IMG/VR virus record: IMGVR_UViG_2861084961_000002
DNA length: 47,167 nt
Reading direction: 5' to 3' (one strand)
Origin: a virus
Taxonomy: Duplodnaviria > Heunggongvirae > Uroviricota > Caudoviricetes
The translations under genes and the position numbers were made by a program. A model generated the notes under the pieces. The model saw nothing but the letters and a program-made list of their open reading frames with translations, searched no databases and had not been told where the DNA came from. Position 1 is the first letter of the stretch; each line of letters begins with the position of its first letter. Shown here in pieces: positions 35,406-46,745 of the stretch.

Positions 35406-36103
35406 TGCAGGATATCCGGCAGGAAACACTGAATGAATGCACCCGTGCGGAGCAGTCGGCCAGCGTGGTGCTCTGGGAAATCGACCTGACAGAGGTCGGT
35501 GGAGAACGTTATTTTTTCTGTAATGAGCAGAACGAAAAAGGTGAGCCGGTCACCTGGCAGGGGCGACAGTATCAGCCGTATCCCATTCAGGGGAGCGGTT
35601 TTGAACTGAATGGCAAAGGCACCAGTACACGCCCCACGCTGACGGTTTCTAACCTGTACGGTATGGTCACCGGGATGGCGGAAGATATGCAGAGTCTGGT
35701 CGGCGGAACGGTGGTCCGGCGTAAGGTTTACGCCCGTTTTCTGGATGCGGTGAACTTCGTCAACGGAAACAGCGACGCCGATCCGGAGCAGGAGGTGATC
35801 AGCCGCTGGCGCATCGAGCAGTGCAGCGAACTGAGCGCGGTCAGTGCCTCCTTTGTACTGTCCACGCCGACGGAAACGGATGGCGCTGTTTTTCCGGGAC
35901 GTATCATGCTGGCCAACACCTGCACCTGGACCTATCGCGGCGATGAGTGCGGTTATCACGGTCCGGCGGTCGCGGATGAATATGACCAGCCAACGTCCGA
36001 TATCACGAAGGATAAATGCAGCAAATGCCTGAGTGGCTGTAAGTTTCGCAATAACGTCGGCAACTTTGGCGGCTTCCTTTCCATTAACAAACTTTCGCAG
36101 TAA
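35405..36103 (+). CDS. L: Tail tip protein L
   Basis: 232-aa ORF recognised as lambda gpL. Confidence 0.95.
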   Translation: MQDIRQETLNECTRAEQSASVVLWEIDLTEVGGERYFFCNEQNEKGEPVTWQGRQYQPYPIQGSGFELNGKGTSTRPTLTVSNLYGMVTGMAEDMQSLVGGTVVRRKVYARFLDAVNFVNGNSDADPEQEVISRWRIEQCSELSAVSASFVLSTPTETDGAVFPGRIMLANTCTWTYRGDECGYHGPAVADEYDQPTSDITKDKCSKCLSGCKFRNNVGNFGGFLSINKLSQ

Positions 36104-36108
36104 ATCCC

Positions 36109-36852
36109 ATGACACAGACAGAATCAGCGATTCTGGCGCACGCCCGGCGATGTGCGCCAGCGGAGTCGTGCGGCTTCGTGGTAAGCACGCCGGAGGGGGA
36201 AAGATATTTCCCCTGCGTGAATATCTCCGGTGAGCCGGAGGCGTATTTCCGTATGTCGCCGGAAGACTGGCTGCAGGCAGAAATGCAGGGTGAGATTGTG
36301 GCGCTGGTCCACAGCCACCCCGGTGGTCTGCCCTGGCTGAGTGAGGCCGACCGGCGGCTGCAGGTGCAGAGTGATTTGCCGTGGTGGCTGGTCTGCCGGG
36401 GGACGATTCATAAGTTCCGCTGTGTGCCGCATCTCACCGGGCGGCGCTTTGAGCACGGGGTGACGGACTGTTACACGCTGTTCCGGGATGCTTATCATCT
36501 GGCGGGGATTGAGATGCCGGATTTTCATCGCGAGGATGACTGGTGGCGTCACGGTCAGAATCTCTATCTGGATAATCTGGAGGCCACAGGGTTGTATCAG
36601 GTGCCGTTGTCATCAGCACAACCGGGCGATGTGCTGCTGTGCTGTTTTGGTTCATCGGTGCCGAATCATGCCGCCATTTACTGTGGTGATGGCGAGCTGC
36701 TGCACCATATTCCTGAACAACTGAGCAAACGAGAGAGGTATACCGACAAATGGCAGCGACGCACACACTCCCTCTGGCGTCACCGGGCATGGCGCGCATC
36801 TGCCTTTACGGGGATTTACAACGATTTGGTCGCCGCATCGACCTTCGTGTGA
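36109..36852 (+). CDS. K: Tail tip assembly protein K (JAMM/MPN and NlpC/P60-type motifs)
   Basis: 247-aa ORF with HSHPGG motif and Cys/His peptidase residues; 3' end overlaps the I ORF by about 100 nt. Confidence 0.85.
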   Translation: MTQTESAILAHARRCAPAESCGFVVSTPEGERYFPCVNISGEPEAYFRMSPEDWLQAEMQGEIVALVHSHPGGLPWLSEADRRLQVQSDLPWWLVCRGTIHKFRCVPHLTGRRFEHGVTDCYTLFRDAYHLAGIEMPDFHREDDWWRHGQNLYLDNLEATGLYQVPLSSAQPGDVLLCCFGSSVPNHAAIYCGDGELLHHIPEQLSKRERYTDKWQRRTHSLWRHRAWRASAFTGIYNDLVAASTFV

Positions 36853-37391
36853 AAACGGGGGCTGAAGCCATCCGGGCGCTGGCCACACAGCTCCCGGCGT
36901 TTCGTCAGAAACTGAGCGACGGCTGGTATCAGGTACGGATTGCCGGGCGTGATACAGGTGAAACGGAATTATCAGCCCGTCTTAATGAACCGCTGGCAAA
37001 TGGTGCTGTGATCCATATCGTGCCGCGTCTGGCAGGAGCCAAAAGTGGCGGTGTGTTTCAGGCTGTGCTGGGGGCGGCTGTTATGGCGGTTGCTATATGG
37101 ATGCCGGGGGTAGGAATTATGGCGAGTAATCTGCTGTTTTCTCTCGGTGCCAGTATGACGCTTGGCGGTGTTGCACAGATGCTGGCCCCTAAACCCAAAA
37201 CCCCCAGCACACAGACAACGGATAACGGCAAACAGAACACCTATTTTTCTTCACTGGATAATATGGTTGCCCAGGGCAATGTTCTGCCCGTTCTGTACGG
37301 TGAAATGCGCGTGGGATCACGTGTGGTATCTCAGGAGATCAGCACAGCAGATGAAGGTGATGGTGGTCAGGTTGTGGTGATTGGTCGCTGA
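36750..37391 (+). CDS. I: Tail tip assembly protein I (exact start uncertain)
   Basis: 213-aa ORF MAATHTLPLASPGMARICLYGDLQRFGRRIDLRVKTGAEAIRALATQLPAF... Confidence 0.85.
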   Translation: MAATHTLPLASPGMARICLYGDLQRFGRRIDLRVKTGAEAIRALATQLPAFRQKLSDGWYQVRIAGRDTGETELSARLNEPLANGAVIHIVPRLAGAKSGGVFQAVLGAAVMAVAIWMPGVGIMASNLLFSLGASMTLGGVAQMLAPKPKTPSTQTTDNGKQNTYFSSLDNMVAQGNVLPVLYGEMRVGSRVVSQEISTADEGDGGQVVVIGR

Positions 37392-37451
37392 TGAAAAACG
37401 TTTTATGTGAAACCGCCTCCGGGCGGTTTTATCGTTTATGGAGCATGACGA

Positions 37452-40400
37452 ATGGGTAAAGGCAGCAGTAAGGGGCATACCCCGCGCGAAGCGAAGGACA
37501 ACCTGAAGTCCACGCAGCTGCTGAGTGTGATCGATGCCATCAGCGAAGGGCCGGTTGAAGGTCCGGTGGATGGATTAAAAAGCGTGCTGCTGAACAGTAC
37601 GCCGGTGCTGGACAGTGAGGGGAATACCAATATATCCGGCGTCACGGTGGTGTTCCGGGCCGGTGAGCAGGAGCAGTCACCGCCGGAGGGATTTGAATCC
37701 TCCGGCTCCGAGACGGTGCTGGGTACGGAAGTGAAATATGACACGCCGATCACCCGGACCATCACGTCGGCAAACATCGACCGTCTGCGCTTTACCTTCG
37801 GTGTACAGGCACTGGTGGAAACCACCTCAAAGGGTGACAGGAATCCGTCGGAAGTCCGCCTGCTGGTTCAGATACAGCGTAACGGTGGCTGGGTGACGGA
37901 AAAAGACATCACCATTAAGGGCAAAACCACCTCGCAGTATCTGGCCTCGGTGGTGGTGGATAACCTGCCGCCGCGCCCGTTCAGTATACGGATGCGCAGG
38001 ATGACGCCGGACAGCACCACAGACCAGCTGCAGAACAAAACGCTCTGGTCGTCATACACCGAAATCATCGATGTGAAACAGTGCTACCCGAACACGGCAC
38101 TGGTCGGTGTGCAGGTGGACTCGGAGCAGTTCGGCAGCCAGCAGGTGAGCCGTAATTATCATCTGCGCGGGCGTATTCTGCAGGTGCCGTCGAATTATAA
38201 CCCGCAGACGCGGCAATACAGCGGTATCTGGGACGGAACGTTTAAGCCAGCATACAGCAATAACATGGCCTGGTGTCTGTGGGATATGCTGACCCACCCA
38301 CGCTACGGCATGGGGAAACGTCTTGGTGCGGCGGATGTGGACAAATGGGCGCTGTATGTCATCGGCCAGTACTGCGACCAGTCAGTGCCGGACGGCTTTG
38401 GCGGCACGGAGCCGCGCATCACCTGTAATGCGTACCTGACCACACAGCGCAAGGCGTGGGATGTGCTCAGTGATTTCTGCTCGGCGATGCGCTGTATGCC
38501 GGTATGGAACGGGCAGACGCTGACGTTCGTGCAGGACCGACCGTCGGATAAGGTGTGGACCTATAACCGCAGTAATGTGGTGATGCCGGATGATGGCGCG
38601 CCGTTCCGCTACAGCTTCAGCGCCCTCAAGGACCGCCATAATGCCGTTGAGGTGAACTGGATTGACCCGGATAACGGCTGGGAGACGGCGACAGAGCTTG
38701 TGGAGGACACGCAGGCCATTGCCCGTTATGGTCGTAACGTCACGAAGATGGATGCCTTTGGCTGTACCAGCCGGGGGCAGGCACACCGAGCCGGGCTGTG
38801 GCTGATTAAAACGGAGCTGCTGGAAACGCAGACCGTGGACTTCAGCGTGGGTGCTGAAGGGCTTCGCCATGTACCGGGCGATGTCATTGAAATCTGCGAT
38901 GATGACTATGCCGGTATCAGCACCGGCGGGCGCGTGCTGGCGGTGAACAGCCAGACCCGGACGCTGACGCTCGACCGTGAAATCACGCTGCCATCTTCCG
39001 GCACCACGCTGATAAGCCTGGTTGACGGAAGTGGCAATCCGGTCAGCGTGGAGGTCCAGTCCGTCACCGACGGCGTGAAGGTAAAAGTGAGCCGTGTTCC
39101 TGACGGCGTTGCCGGATACAGCGTATGGGGGCTGAAGTTGCCGACGTTGCGCCAGCGCCTGTTCCGCTGTGTGAGTATCCGTGAGAACGATGACGGCACG
39201 TATGCCATCACTGCCGTGCAGCATGTACCGGAAAAAGAGGCCATCGTGGATAACGGGGCGCACTTTGACGGCGATTTGAGCGGCACGGTGAATGGTGTCA
39301 CGCCGCCAGCGGTACAGCACCTGACAGCCGAAGTCTCCGCAGACAGCGGGGAATATCAGGTGCTGGCGCGCTGGGACACACCGAAGGTGGTGAAGGGGGT
39401 GAGCTTTATGCTTCGCCTGACCGTGACAGCGGACGATGGCAGTGAGCGGCTGGTCAGCACAGCCCGGACGACGGAAACCACATACCGCTTCAGGCAGCTG
39501 GCGCTGGGAAACTACAGGCTGACAGTCCGGGCGGTAAATGCGTGGGGACAGCAGGGCGATCCGGCGTCGGTATTGTTCCGGATTGCCGCACCGGCGACGC
39601 CGTCGCGGATTGAACTGACGCCGGGCTATTTTCAGATAACCGCAACGCCGCATCTTGCCGTTTATGACCCGACGGTACAGTTTGAGTTCTGGTTCTCGGA
39701 AAAGCGGATTACCGATATCAGGCAGGTTGAAACTACAGCCCGCTATCTTGGCACGGCGCTGTACTGGATAGCTGCCAGTATCAATATCAAGCCGGGTCAT
39801 GATTATTATTTTTACGTTCGCAGTGTGAACACTGTTGGCAAATCGGCATTCGTGGAGGCTGTCGGTCGGGCGAGCGATGATGCGGAAGGTTACCTGGATT
39901 TTTTCAAAGGAGAAATCGGGAAAACACATCTGGCCCAGGAGCTGTGGACGCAGATTGATAACGGTCAGCTTGCGCCGGACCTGGCTGAAATCAGGACGTC
40001 CATTACGAATGTCAGCAATGAAATCACGCAGACCGTCAATAAAAAACTGGAAGACCAGAGTGCGGCAATCCAGCAGATACAGAAAGTTCAGGTTGATACA
40101 AATAATAACCTGAACAGCATGTGGGCTGTGAAGCTGCAGCAGATGCAGGACGGACGCCTTTATATCGCGGGTATTGGTGCCGGTATTGAGAACACCCCTG
40201 ACGGCATGCAGAGTCAGGTGCTGCTGGCGGCGGACAGGATTGCGATGGTTAATCCTGCGAATGGCAACACAAAACCGATGTTTGTTGGTCAGGGCGATCA
40301 GATATTCATGAACGACGTGTTCCTGAAACGCCTGACGGCCCCCACCATTACCAGCGGTGGAAATCCACCGGCATTTTCCCTGACACCGGACGGAAAGCTG

Positions 40401-40949
40401 ACCGCTAAAAATGCGGATATCAGTGGCAGTGTGAATGCGAACGCCGGGACGCTCAACAATGTCACGGTAAATGAAAACTGTACGATTAAGGGCATGCTGG
40501 AGGCGACTCAGGTCAGAGGTGACTTCGTTAAAGCTGTATCCAAATCATTCCCGAAACAGGCTGGTACGTGGGGTAATACGGAAACACCAAACGGGACGGT
40601 TACAGTCACCATCAGCGATGATCATAACTTTGACCGTCAAATCATTATTCCGCCCATTATCTTTAACGGAATAGCGTATAGCGATCCGGGAAGTGGTAAT
40701 AACCCGGGAGGTACAAGATACACGGGTTATGGTTTTGAAGTTCGCAAAAACGGTGTATTAATCGCATCCAGAGAAACTAAAGGGGCCATTCCCGGTAGCT
40801 ACAGTGCGGTTATTGATATGCCGAGTGGCAGGGGAAGCGTCACTCTGGAGTTTAAGGTTTTCCATAAAGGCAATCAGTGGGCAGGTAATATCACCGACTG
40901 TACGGTGATTGTGACCAAAAAAGCCGCTTCCGGCATCAGTATTCGTTGA
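37452..40949 (+). CDS. J: Central tail fiber / tip attachment protein J, with non-lambda C-terminal receptor-binding region
   Basis: 1165-aa ORF; first ~815 aa recognised as lambda J, C-terminal part divergent except a conserved block [46 protein letters not shown]. Confidence 0.95.
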   Translation: MGKGSSKGHTPREAKDNLKSTQLLSVIDAISEGPVEGPVDGLKSVLLNSTPVLDSEGNTNISGVTVVFRAGEQEQSPPEGFESSGSETVLGTEVKYDTPITRTITSANIDRLRFTFGVQALVETTSKGDRNPSEVRLLVQIQRNGGWVTEKDITIKGKTTSQYLASVVVDNLPPRPFSIRMRRMTPDSTTDQLQNKTLWSSYTEIIDVKQCYPNTALVGVQVDSEQFGSQQVSRNYHLRGRILQVPSNYNPQTRQYSGIWDGTFKPAYSNNMAWCLWDMLTHPRYGMGKRLGAADVDKWALYVIGQYCDQSVPDGFGGTEPRITCNAYLTTQRKAWDVLSDFCSAMRCMPVWNGQTLTFVQDRPSDKVWTYNRSNVVMPDDGAPFRYSFSALKDRHNAVEVNWIDPDNGWETATELVEDTQAIARYGRNVTKMDAFGCTSRGQAHRAGLWLIKTELLETQTVDFSVGAEGLRHVPGDVIEICDDDYAGISTGGRVLAVNSQTRTLTLDREITLPSSGTTLISLVDGSGNPVSVEVQSVTDGVKVKVSRVPDGVAGYSVWGLKLPTLRQRLFRCVSIRENDDGTYAITAVQHVPEKEAIVDNGAHFDGDLSGTVNGVTPPAVQHLTAEVSADSGEYQVLARWDTPKVVKGVSFMLRLTVTADDGSERLVSTARTTETTYRFRQLALGNYRLTVRAVNAWGQQGDPASVLFRIAAPATPSRIELTPGYFQITATPHLAVYDPTVQFEFWFSEKRITDIRQVETTARYLGTALYWIAASINIKPGHDYYFYVRSVNTVGKSAFVEAVGRASDDAEGYLDFFKGEIGKTHLAQELWTQIDNGQLAPDLAEIRTSITNVSNEITQTVNKKLEDQSAAIQQIQKVQVDTNNNLNSMWAVKLQQMQDGRLYIAGIGAGIENTPDGMQSQVLLAADRIAMVNPANGNTKPMFVGQGDQIFMNDVFLKRLTAPTITSGGNPPAFSLTPDGKLTAKNADISGSVNANAGTLNNVTVNENCTIKGMLEATQVRGDFVKAVSKSFPKQAGTWGNTETPNGTVTVTISDDHNFDRQIIIPPIIFNGIAYSDPGSGNNPGGTRYTGYGFEVRKNGVLIASRETKGAIPGSYSAVIDMPSGRGSVTLEFKVFHKGNQWAGNITDCTVIVTKKAASGISIR

Positions 40950-40971
40950 AATTGTTATAACCCCAATAAAG

Positions 40972-40996
40972 GGCGTCAGGAATGACGCCTTTTTTA
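40972..40996 (+). terminator. Rho-independent terminator after J
   Basis: Stem GGCGTCA/TGACGCC with loop GGAA followed by TTTTTTATT. Confidence 0.65.
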
Positions 40997-41019
40997 TTGC
41001 AGAAAAGCGAGAGGTAATT

Positions 41020-41619
41020 ATGCGTAAAGTTTGTGCAGCAATTTTGTCCGCAGCCATTTGTCTGGCCGTATCCGGTGCGCCTGCATGGGCATCTGAACAT
41101 CAGTCCACGCTGAGCGCGGGGTATCTTCATGCCTCGACGAACGTTCCCGGCAGCGATGATCTGAACGGGATTAACGTGAAATACCGTTATGAGTTTACGG
41201 ACACACTGGGGATGGTGACGTCATTCAGCTATGCAGGAGACAAGAATCGCCAGCTTACCCGTTACAGCGATACCCGCTGGCATGAAGATTCCGTTCGTAA
41301 CCGCTGGTTCAGCGTGATGGCGGGGCCGTCTGTGCGCGTGAATGAATGGTTCAGCGCGTATGCGATGGCGGGTGTGGCTTACAGCCGTGTGTCGACTTTC
41401 TCCGGGGATTATCTCCGCGTAACTGACAACAAGGGGAAAACGCACGACGTGCTGACCGGAAGTGATGACGGTCGCCACAGCAACACGTCTCTGGCGTGGG
41501 GAGCTGGCGTGCAGTTTAACCCGACCGAATCCGTGGCCATTGATATTGCTTATGAAGGCTCCGGCAGCGGTGACTGGCGTACCAACAGTTTCATCGTTGG
41601 TGTCGGTTATAAATTCTGA
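41020..41619 (+). CDS. lom: Lom outer-membrane protein (Ail/Lom family), lysogenic conversion
   Basis: 199-aa ORF with signal peptide and beta-barrel ending VGVGYKF. Confidence 0.92.
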   Translation: MRKVCAAILSAAICLAVSGAPAWASEHQSTLSAGYLHASTNVPGSDDLNGINVKYRYEFTDTLGMVTSFSYAGDKNRQLTRYSDTRWHEDSVRNRWFSVMAGPSVRVNEWFSAYAMAGVAYSRVSTFSGDYLRVTDNKGKTHDVLTGSDDGRHSNTSLAWGAGVQFNPTESVAIDIAYEGSGSGDWRTNSFIVGVGYKF

Positions 41620-41646
41620 TTAGCCAGGTAACACAGTGTTATGACA

Positions 41647-41673
41647 GCCCGCCGGTTCAGGCGGGCTTTTTTG
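41647..41673 (+). terminator. Rho-independent terminator after lom
   Basis: Stem GCCCGCC/GGCGGGC followed by TTTTTT. Confidence 0.65.
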
Positions 41674-41682
41674 TGGGGGAAT

Positions 41683-44600
41683 ATGGCAGTACGGATTTCA
41701 GGTGTACTGAAAGATGGCGCAGGTAAGCCGATACAAAACTGCACCATTCAGCTAAAGGCCAGGCGCAACAGCACCACGGTGGTGGTGAACACAGTGGCCT
41801 CAGAAAACCCGGATGAAGCCGGGCGTTACACAATGGACGTCGAGTATGGTCAGTACAGCGTCAGTCTGTTGGTGGAGGGATTCCCGCCATCACATGCCGG
41901 GACCATTACCGTGTATGAAGATTCTCAACCCGGTACGCTGAATGATTTTCTCGGTGCCATGACAGAGGATGATGCCCGTCCTGAGGCTCTGCGCCGTTTT
42001 GAACTGATGGTGGAAGAGGTGGCGCGTAACGCGTCCGCGGTGGCACAGAACACGGCAGCCGCGAAGAAGTCAGCCAGCGATGCCGGCACATCAGCCCGTG
42101 AGGCGGCAACCCATGCGACTGATGCTGCAGGCTCAGCACGCGCAGCCAGCACGTCAGCCGGACAGGCCGCGTCGTCGGCTCAGTCAGCGTCTTCCAGCGC
42201 AGGAACGGCATCAACAAAGGCCACTGAAGCGGAAAAAAGTGCTGCCGCTGCAGAGTCCTCAAAAAGCGCGGCGGCCACCAGTGCCGCTGCGGCGAAAACG
42301 TCAGAAACGAATGCGGCAGCGTCACAACAATCAGCAGCCACTTCTGCATCCAACGCGACCACGAAAGCGTCAGAAGCTGCCACCTCAGCCCGGGATGCGT
42401 CAGCTTCAAAAGAGGCGGCAAAATCATCAGAAACGAGCGCAGCCTCGAGCGCCAGCAGCGCAGCTTCCTCGGCAACGGCGACAGCAAATTCTGCGAAGGC
42501 GGCCAAAACGTCCGAGACGAACGCTAAGTCTTCTGAAACGGCAGCGGGACAGAGTGCCTCAGCTGCGGCAGGCTCAAAAACAGCGGCTGCGTCGTCTGCC
42601 AGCGCCGCGTCAACAAGTGCCGGGCAGGCCTCAGCCAGTGCCACCGCTGCCGGAAAGTCGGCAGAAAGTGCCGCATCGTCTGCTTCAACAGCCACAACGA
42701 AGGCTGGCGAAGCCACTGAACAGGCCAGCGCAGCAGCGAGGTCTGCTTCCGCAGCGAAGACATCCGAAACGAACGCGAAAGCGTCGGAAACCAGCGCAGA
42801 ATCCTCAAAAACGGCTGCCGCATCGTCAGCCAGTTCGGCGGCGTCATCGGCATCATCGGCGTCTGCTTCAAAAGATGAGGCGACCAGACAGGCGTCAGCA
42901 GCGAAGGGCAGCGCCACGACAGCATCCACGAAGGCGACAGAGGCAGCTGGCAGTGCGGCAGCGGCAGCACAGAGCAAAAGTACGGCGGAATCCGCGGCAA
43001 CGCGCGCCGAGACAGCGGCAAAACGGGCAGAGGATATTGCATCCGCCGTGGCGCTTGAGGATGCGAGCACGACGAAAAAGGGGGTAGTACAGCTCAGCAG
43101 TGCGACCAACAGTACGTCTGAAACGCTGGCGGCAACGCCAAAGGCAGTAAAATCAGCCTATGACAATGCAGAGAAACGTCTGCAGAAAGACCAGAACGGC
43201 GCTGATATACCCGATAAGGGACGCTTCCTGAACAACATTAACGCGGTCAGTAAAACAGACTTTGCTGATAAGCGTGGTATGCGTTATGTGCGGGTTAACG
43301 CTCCTGCAGGTGCAACATCTGGAAAATATTACCCTGTTGTTGTTATGCGTTCTGCTGGCTCAGTAAGCGAACTGGCATCAAGGGTCATTATCACCACGGC
43401 AACGCGAACCGCAGGCGATCCGATGAATAACTGCGAGTTTAACGGATTTGTTATGCCTGGTGGCTGGACTGACAGGGGGCGTTATGCTTATGGAATGTTC
43501 TGGCAATATCAAAACAATGAACGAGCCATCCACTCAATAATGATGAGTAATAAGGGCGATGATTTGCGCTCTGTGTTCTATGTTGATGGCGCTGCTTTCC
43601 CTGTTTTTGCGTTTATCGAAGATGGCCTGTCAATATCCGCACCTGGTGCTGATCTCGTTGTTAATGATACGACCTATAAGTTTGGGGCAACAAATCCGGC
43701 GACTGAATGTATCGCGGCGGACGTTATCCTTGATTTTAAGAGTGGGCGTGGTTTTTATGAGTCTCATTCGTTAATCGTTAACGATAACTTGTCGTGCAAA
43801 AAACTTTTTGCCACAGACGAAATTGTAGCGCGTGGTGGTAATCAGATTCGAATGATAGGTGGGGAGTATGGTGCATTATGGCGTAATGATGGCGCTAAAA
43901 CTTACCTGCTGCTTACCAATCAAGGTGATGTTTATGGTGGCTGGAATACATTAAGACCGTTTGCTATTGATAACGCAACCGGCGAACTGATTATTGGAAC
44001 CAAACTGTCCGCAAGTCTGAACGGTAATGCATTAACAGCAACAAAGCTGCAAACGCCAAGACTGGTTTCTGGTGTTGAGTTTGATGGTTCCAAAGATATT
44101 ACTTTAACCGCCGCGCATGTGGCTGCTTTTGCCAGAAGGGCAACGGATACATATGCCGATGCGGATGGTGGCGTTCCCTGGAATGCCGAATCAGGCGCTT
44201 ACAATGTCACCCGCTCTGGCGACAGCTATATTCTGGTTAACTTCTATACCGGAGTCGGAAGTTGCCGGACCCTGCAGATGAAGGCGCATTACAGAAATGG
44301 AGGTCTGTTCTACCGTTCCTCAAGAGATGGCTATGGTTTTGAGGAAGACTGGGCAGAAGTTTATACCTCGAAAAATCTTCCACCAGAAAGCTACCCAGTC
44401 GGCGCACCAATCCCGTGGCCATCAGATACCGTTCCGTCTGGCTATGCCCTGATGCAGGGGCAGGCTTTTGACAAATCTGCCTACCCGAAACTTGCAGCGG
44501 CTTATCCGTCAGGCGTGATCCCTGATATGCTTGGCTGGACGATTAAGGGCAAACCTGCCAGTGGTCGGGCCGTATTGTCTCAGGAACAGGACGGCATTAA

Positions 44601-45084
44601 ATCGCATACCCACAGCGCCAGCGCATCCAGTACGGATTTGGGGACGAAAACCACATCGTCGTTTGATTACGGAACCAAATCCACGAATAACACCGGGGCG
44701 CATACCCATAGTATTAGCGGGACCGCAAATAGTGCCGGTGCGCACCAACACAAGAGTTCCGGTGCATTTGGTGGCACGAACACGAGCATTTTCCCTAATG
44801 GTTATACCGCGATTTCAAATCCAAGCGCGGGGATTATGAGCACAACAAGCGGTAGTGGCCAGACTCGTAATGCAGGGAAGACATCATCAGATGGTGCTCA
44901 TACCCACTCACTGTCCGGCACTGCTGCAAGCGCAGGTGCACACGCACATACTGTCGGTATTGGTGCTCATACGCACTCGGTTGCGATTGGCTCACATGGA
45001 CACACCATCACCGTTAACGCTGCTGGTAACGCGGAAAACACCGTCAAAAACATCGCATTTAACTATATTGTGAGGCTTGCATAA
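41683..45084 (+). CDS. stf: Side tail fiber Stf (full length, with Ala/Ser-rich tandem-repeat region and His-rich distal domain)
   Basis: Start [38 protein letters not shown]... inside track ORF 41641-45084; C-terminal GAHTHS-type repeats. Confidence 0.9.
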   Translation: MAVRISGVLKDGAGKPIQNCTIQLKARRNSTTVVVNTVASENPDEAGRYTMDVEYGQYSVSLLVEGFPPSHAGTITVYEDSQPGTLNDFLGAMTEDDARPEALRRFELMVEEVARNASAVAQNTAAAKKSASDAGTSAREAATHATDAAGSARAASTSAGQAASSAQSASSSAGTASTKATEAEKSAAAAESSKSAAATSAAAAKTSETNAAASQQSAATSASNATTKASEAATSARDASASKEAAKSSETSAASSASSAASSATATANSAKAAKTSETNAKSSETAAGQSASAAAGSKTAAASSASAASTSAGQASASATAAGKSAESAASSASTATTKAGEATEQASAAARSASAAKTSETNAKASETSAESSKTAAASSASSAASSASSASASKDEATRQASAAKGSATTASTKATEAAGSAAAAAQSKSTAESAATRAETAAKRAEDIASAVALEDASTTKKGVVQLSSATNSTSETLAATPKAVKSAYDNAEKRLQKDQNGADIPDKGRFLNNINAVSKTDFADKRGMRYVRVNAPAGATSGKYYPVVVMRSAGSVSELASRVIITTATRTAGDPMNNCEFNGFVMPGGWTDRGRYAYGMFWQYQNNERAIHSIMMSNKGDDLRSVFYVDGAAFPVFAFIEDGLSISAPGADLVVNDTTYKFGATNPATECIAADVILDFKSGRGFYESHSLIVNDNLSCKKLFATDEIVARGGNQIRMIGGEYGALWRNDGAKTYLLLTNQGDVYGGWNTLRPFAIDNATGELIIGTKLSASLNGNALTATKLQTPRLVSGVEFDGSKDITLTAAHVAAFARRATDTYADADGGVPWNAESGAYNVTRSGDSYILVNFYTGVGSCRTLQMKAHYRNGGLFYRSSRDGYGFEEDWAEVYTSKNLPPESYPVGAPIPWPSDTVPSGYALMQGQAFDKSAYPKLAAAYPSGVIPDMLGWTIKGKPASGRAVLSQEQDGIKSHTHSASASSTDLGTKTTSSFDYGTKSTNNTGAHTHSISGTANSAGAHQHKSSGAFGGTNTSIFPNGYTAISNPSAGIMSTTSGSGQTRNAGKTSSDGAHTHSLSGTAASAGAHAHTVGIGAHTHSVAIGSHGHTITVNAAGNAENTVKNIAFNYIVRLA

Positions 45085-45665
45085 TGGCATTCAGAATGAG
45101 TGAACAACCACGGACCATAACAATTTATAATCTGCTGGCCGGAACTAATGAATTTATTGGTGAAGGTGACGCATATATTCCGCCTCATACAGGTCTGCCA
45201 GCAAACAGTACCGATATTGCACCGCCAGATATTCCGGCTGGCTTTGTGGCTGTTTTCAACAGTGATGAGGCATCGTGGCATCTCGTTGAAGACCATCGGG
45301 GTAAAACGGTCTATGACGTGGCTTCCGGCGACGCGTTATTTATTTCTGAACTCGGTCCGTTAGCGGAAAATGTTACCTGGTTATCGCCGGAAGGGGAGTT
45401 TCAGAAGTGGAACGGCACAGCCTGGGTGAAGGATACGGAAGCAGAAAAACTGTTCCGGATCCGGGAGGCAGAAGAAACAAAAAACAGCCTGATGCAGGTA
45501 GCCAGTGAGCATATTGCGCCACTTCAGGATGCTGTAGATCTGGAAATCGCAACGGAGGAAGAAATCTCGTTGCTGGAAGCCTGGAAGAAGTATCGGGTGT
45601 TGCTGAACCGTGTTAATACAACAACTGCACCGGATATTGAATGGCCAGTAGCACCTATAGGGTAA
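45084..45665 (+). CDS. tfa: Tail fiber assembly protein Tfa
   Basis: 193-aa [57 protein letters not shown]..., overlaps stf stop. Confidence 0.92.
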   Translation: MAFRMSEQPRTITIYNLLAGTNEFIGEGDAYIPPHTGLPANSTDIAPPDIPAGFVAVFNSDEASWHLVEDHRGKTVYDVASGDALFISELGPLAENVTWLSPEGEFQKWNGTAWVKDTEAEKLFRIREAEETKNSLMQVASEHIAPLQDAVDLEIATEEEISLLEAWKKYRVLLNRVNTTTAPDIEWPVAPIG

Positions 45666-45744
45666 ATTCGTAATGATTACCTAAATACGTTATTCTTTTG
45701 TTAAAAAAGTGATTTTGCTATAGGTAGGGAGTATGTTCTTGGAT

Positions 45745-45782
45745 TAAGAATAAAAAATCGCCATGAAAGAGCTTCATGGCGA
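45745..45782 (-). terminator. Rho-independent terminator on the minus strand in the AT-rich region right of tfa
   Basis: 10-bp stem TCGCCATGAA/TTCATGGCGA with 5-nt loop, followed on the minus strand by TTTTTTATTCTT. Confidence 0.6.
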
Positions 45783-46469
45783 GTACATAAACGTACAAAA
45801 TGTGATGAAAGTAGAGTGGCGTAAGCCACTATATTAAGATATGACAATAGCGAAGAAAAGTAAATAACATTTCATGGACGTTTAATTGTTAATTATAAAA
45901 ACTAGAGTGCCCGATATTGTTTATCTTGCTTTAAAATAATGTACTCAAACCAAATTTTTGAGCTAAAAGCTCAAATAATATAAATGCAATAATAATGTTT
46001 AATAAGACAATTAGCTTGCTTTGTATTTTCATTTCGGAATACTGTTAAGTAACTTTGATGACCCTAACAATAGATCGGAATTTTCTTAGAGTCAATGGTC
46101 ACTGTTTTTGCTTGCAAAGCAAATGTTTTGGTGGTTATAAGTTGTCTTAATATAGTCACGCATGCAACTTGTTCCATGCGGAGATTAAAGATTGGAATAT
46201 AACGCGAAGATGGAATTAAATTACATTTGCAATAATCAATTTATTATTACTCAATAATTACCGATATTATTATTGTAAATTAATCATTAGAGTGCAAAAA
46301 GAAATGTAACGGCAAAATAAGAGGACGATAGCTGAGAAAAAAGCGTGCTTTCCCAATCTGGGGCAAATCACGTCTGAATGACACCTGAAAACAGGTGGTA
46401 GCCTCAAGAAGGCTGGTGATGCTGCCAACTTACTGATTTAGTGTATGATGGTGTTTTTGAGGTGCTCCA

Positions 46470-46745
46470 GTGGCTTCTGTTTCTATCAGCTGTCCCTCCT
46501 GTTCAGCTACTGACGGGGTGGTGCGTAACGGCAAAAGCACCGCCGGACATCAGCGCTATCTCTGCTCTCACTGCCGTAAAACATGGCAACTGCAGTTCAC
46601 TTACACCGCTTCTCAACCCGGTACGCACCAGAAAATCATTGATATGGCCATGAATGGCGTTGGATGCCGGGCAACTGCCCGCATTATGGGCGTTGGCCTC
46701 AACACGATTTTACGTCACTTAAAAAACTCAGGCCGCAGTCGGTAA
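46470..46745 (+). CDS. insA: IS1 InsA
   Basis: 91-aa [51 protein letters not shown]... Confidence 0.95.

Noticed and set aside
33076-35429. Several minus-strand ORFs (99-221 aa) antisense to tape-measure gene H and tip gene M
   Set aside because: Nested antisense frames in a GC-rich structural gene; Arg/Pro/Ser-rich low-complexity products.
38382-39929. 515-aa minus-strand ORF antisense to J
   Set aside because: Nested antisense frame with Arg/His/Pro-rich product inside a confidently identified gene.
42080-43109. Long ORFs in other frames within stf (42080-43087 plus strand, 335 aa; 42180-43109 minus strand, 309 aa; 42524-43042 minus strand)
   Set aside because: They fall entirely inside the Ala/Ser-rich repeat region of stf, whose codon bias removes stop codons in other frames. 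Their products are low-complexity Arg/Pro/Gln or Ala/Asp strings; the stf frame is the one continuous with recognisable N- and C-terminal domains.
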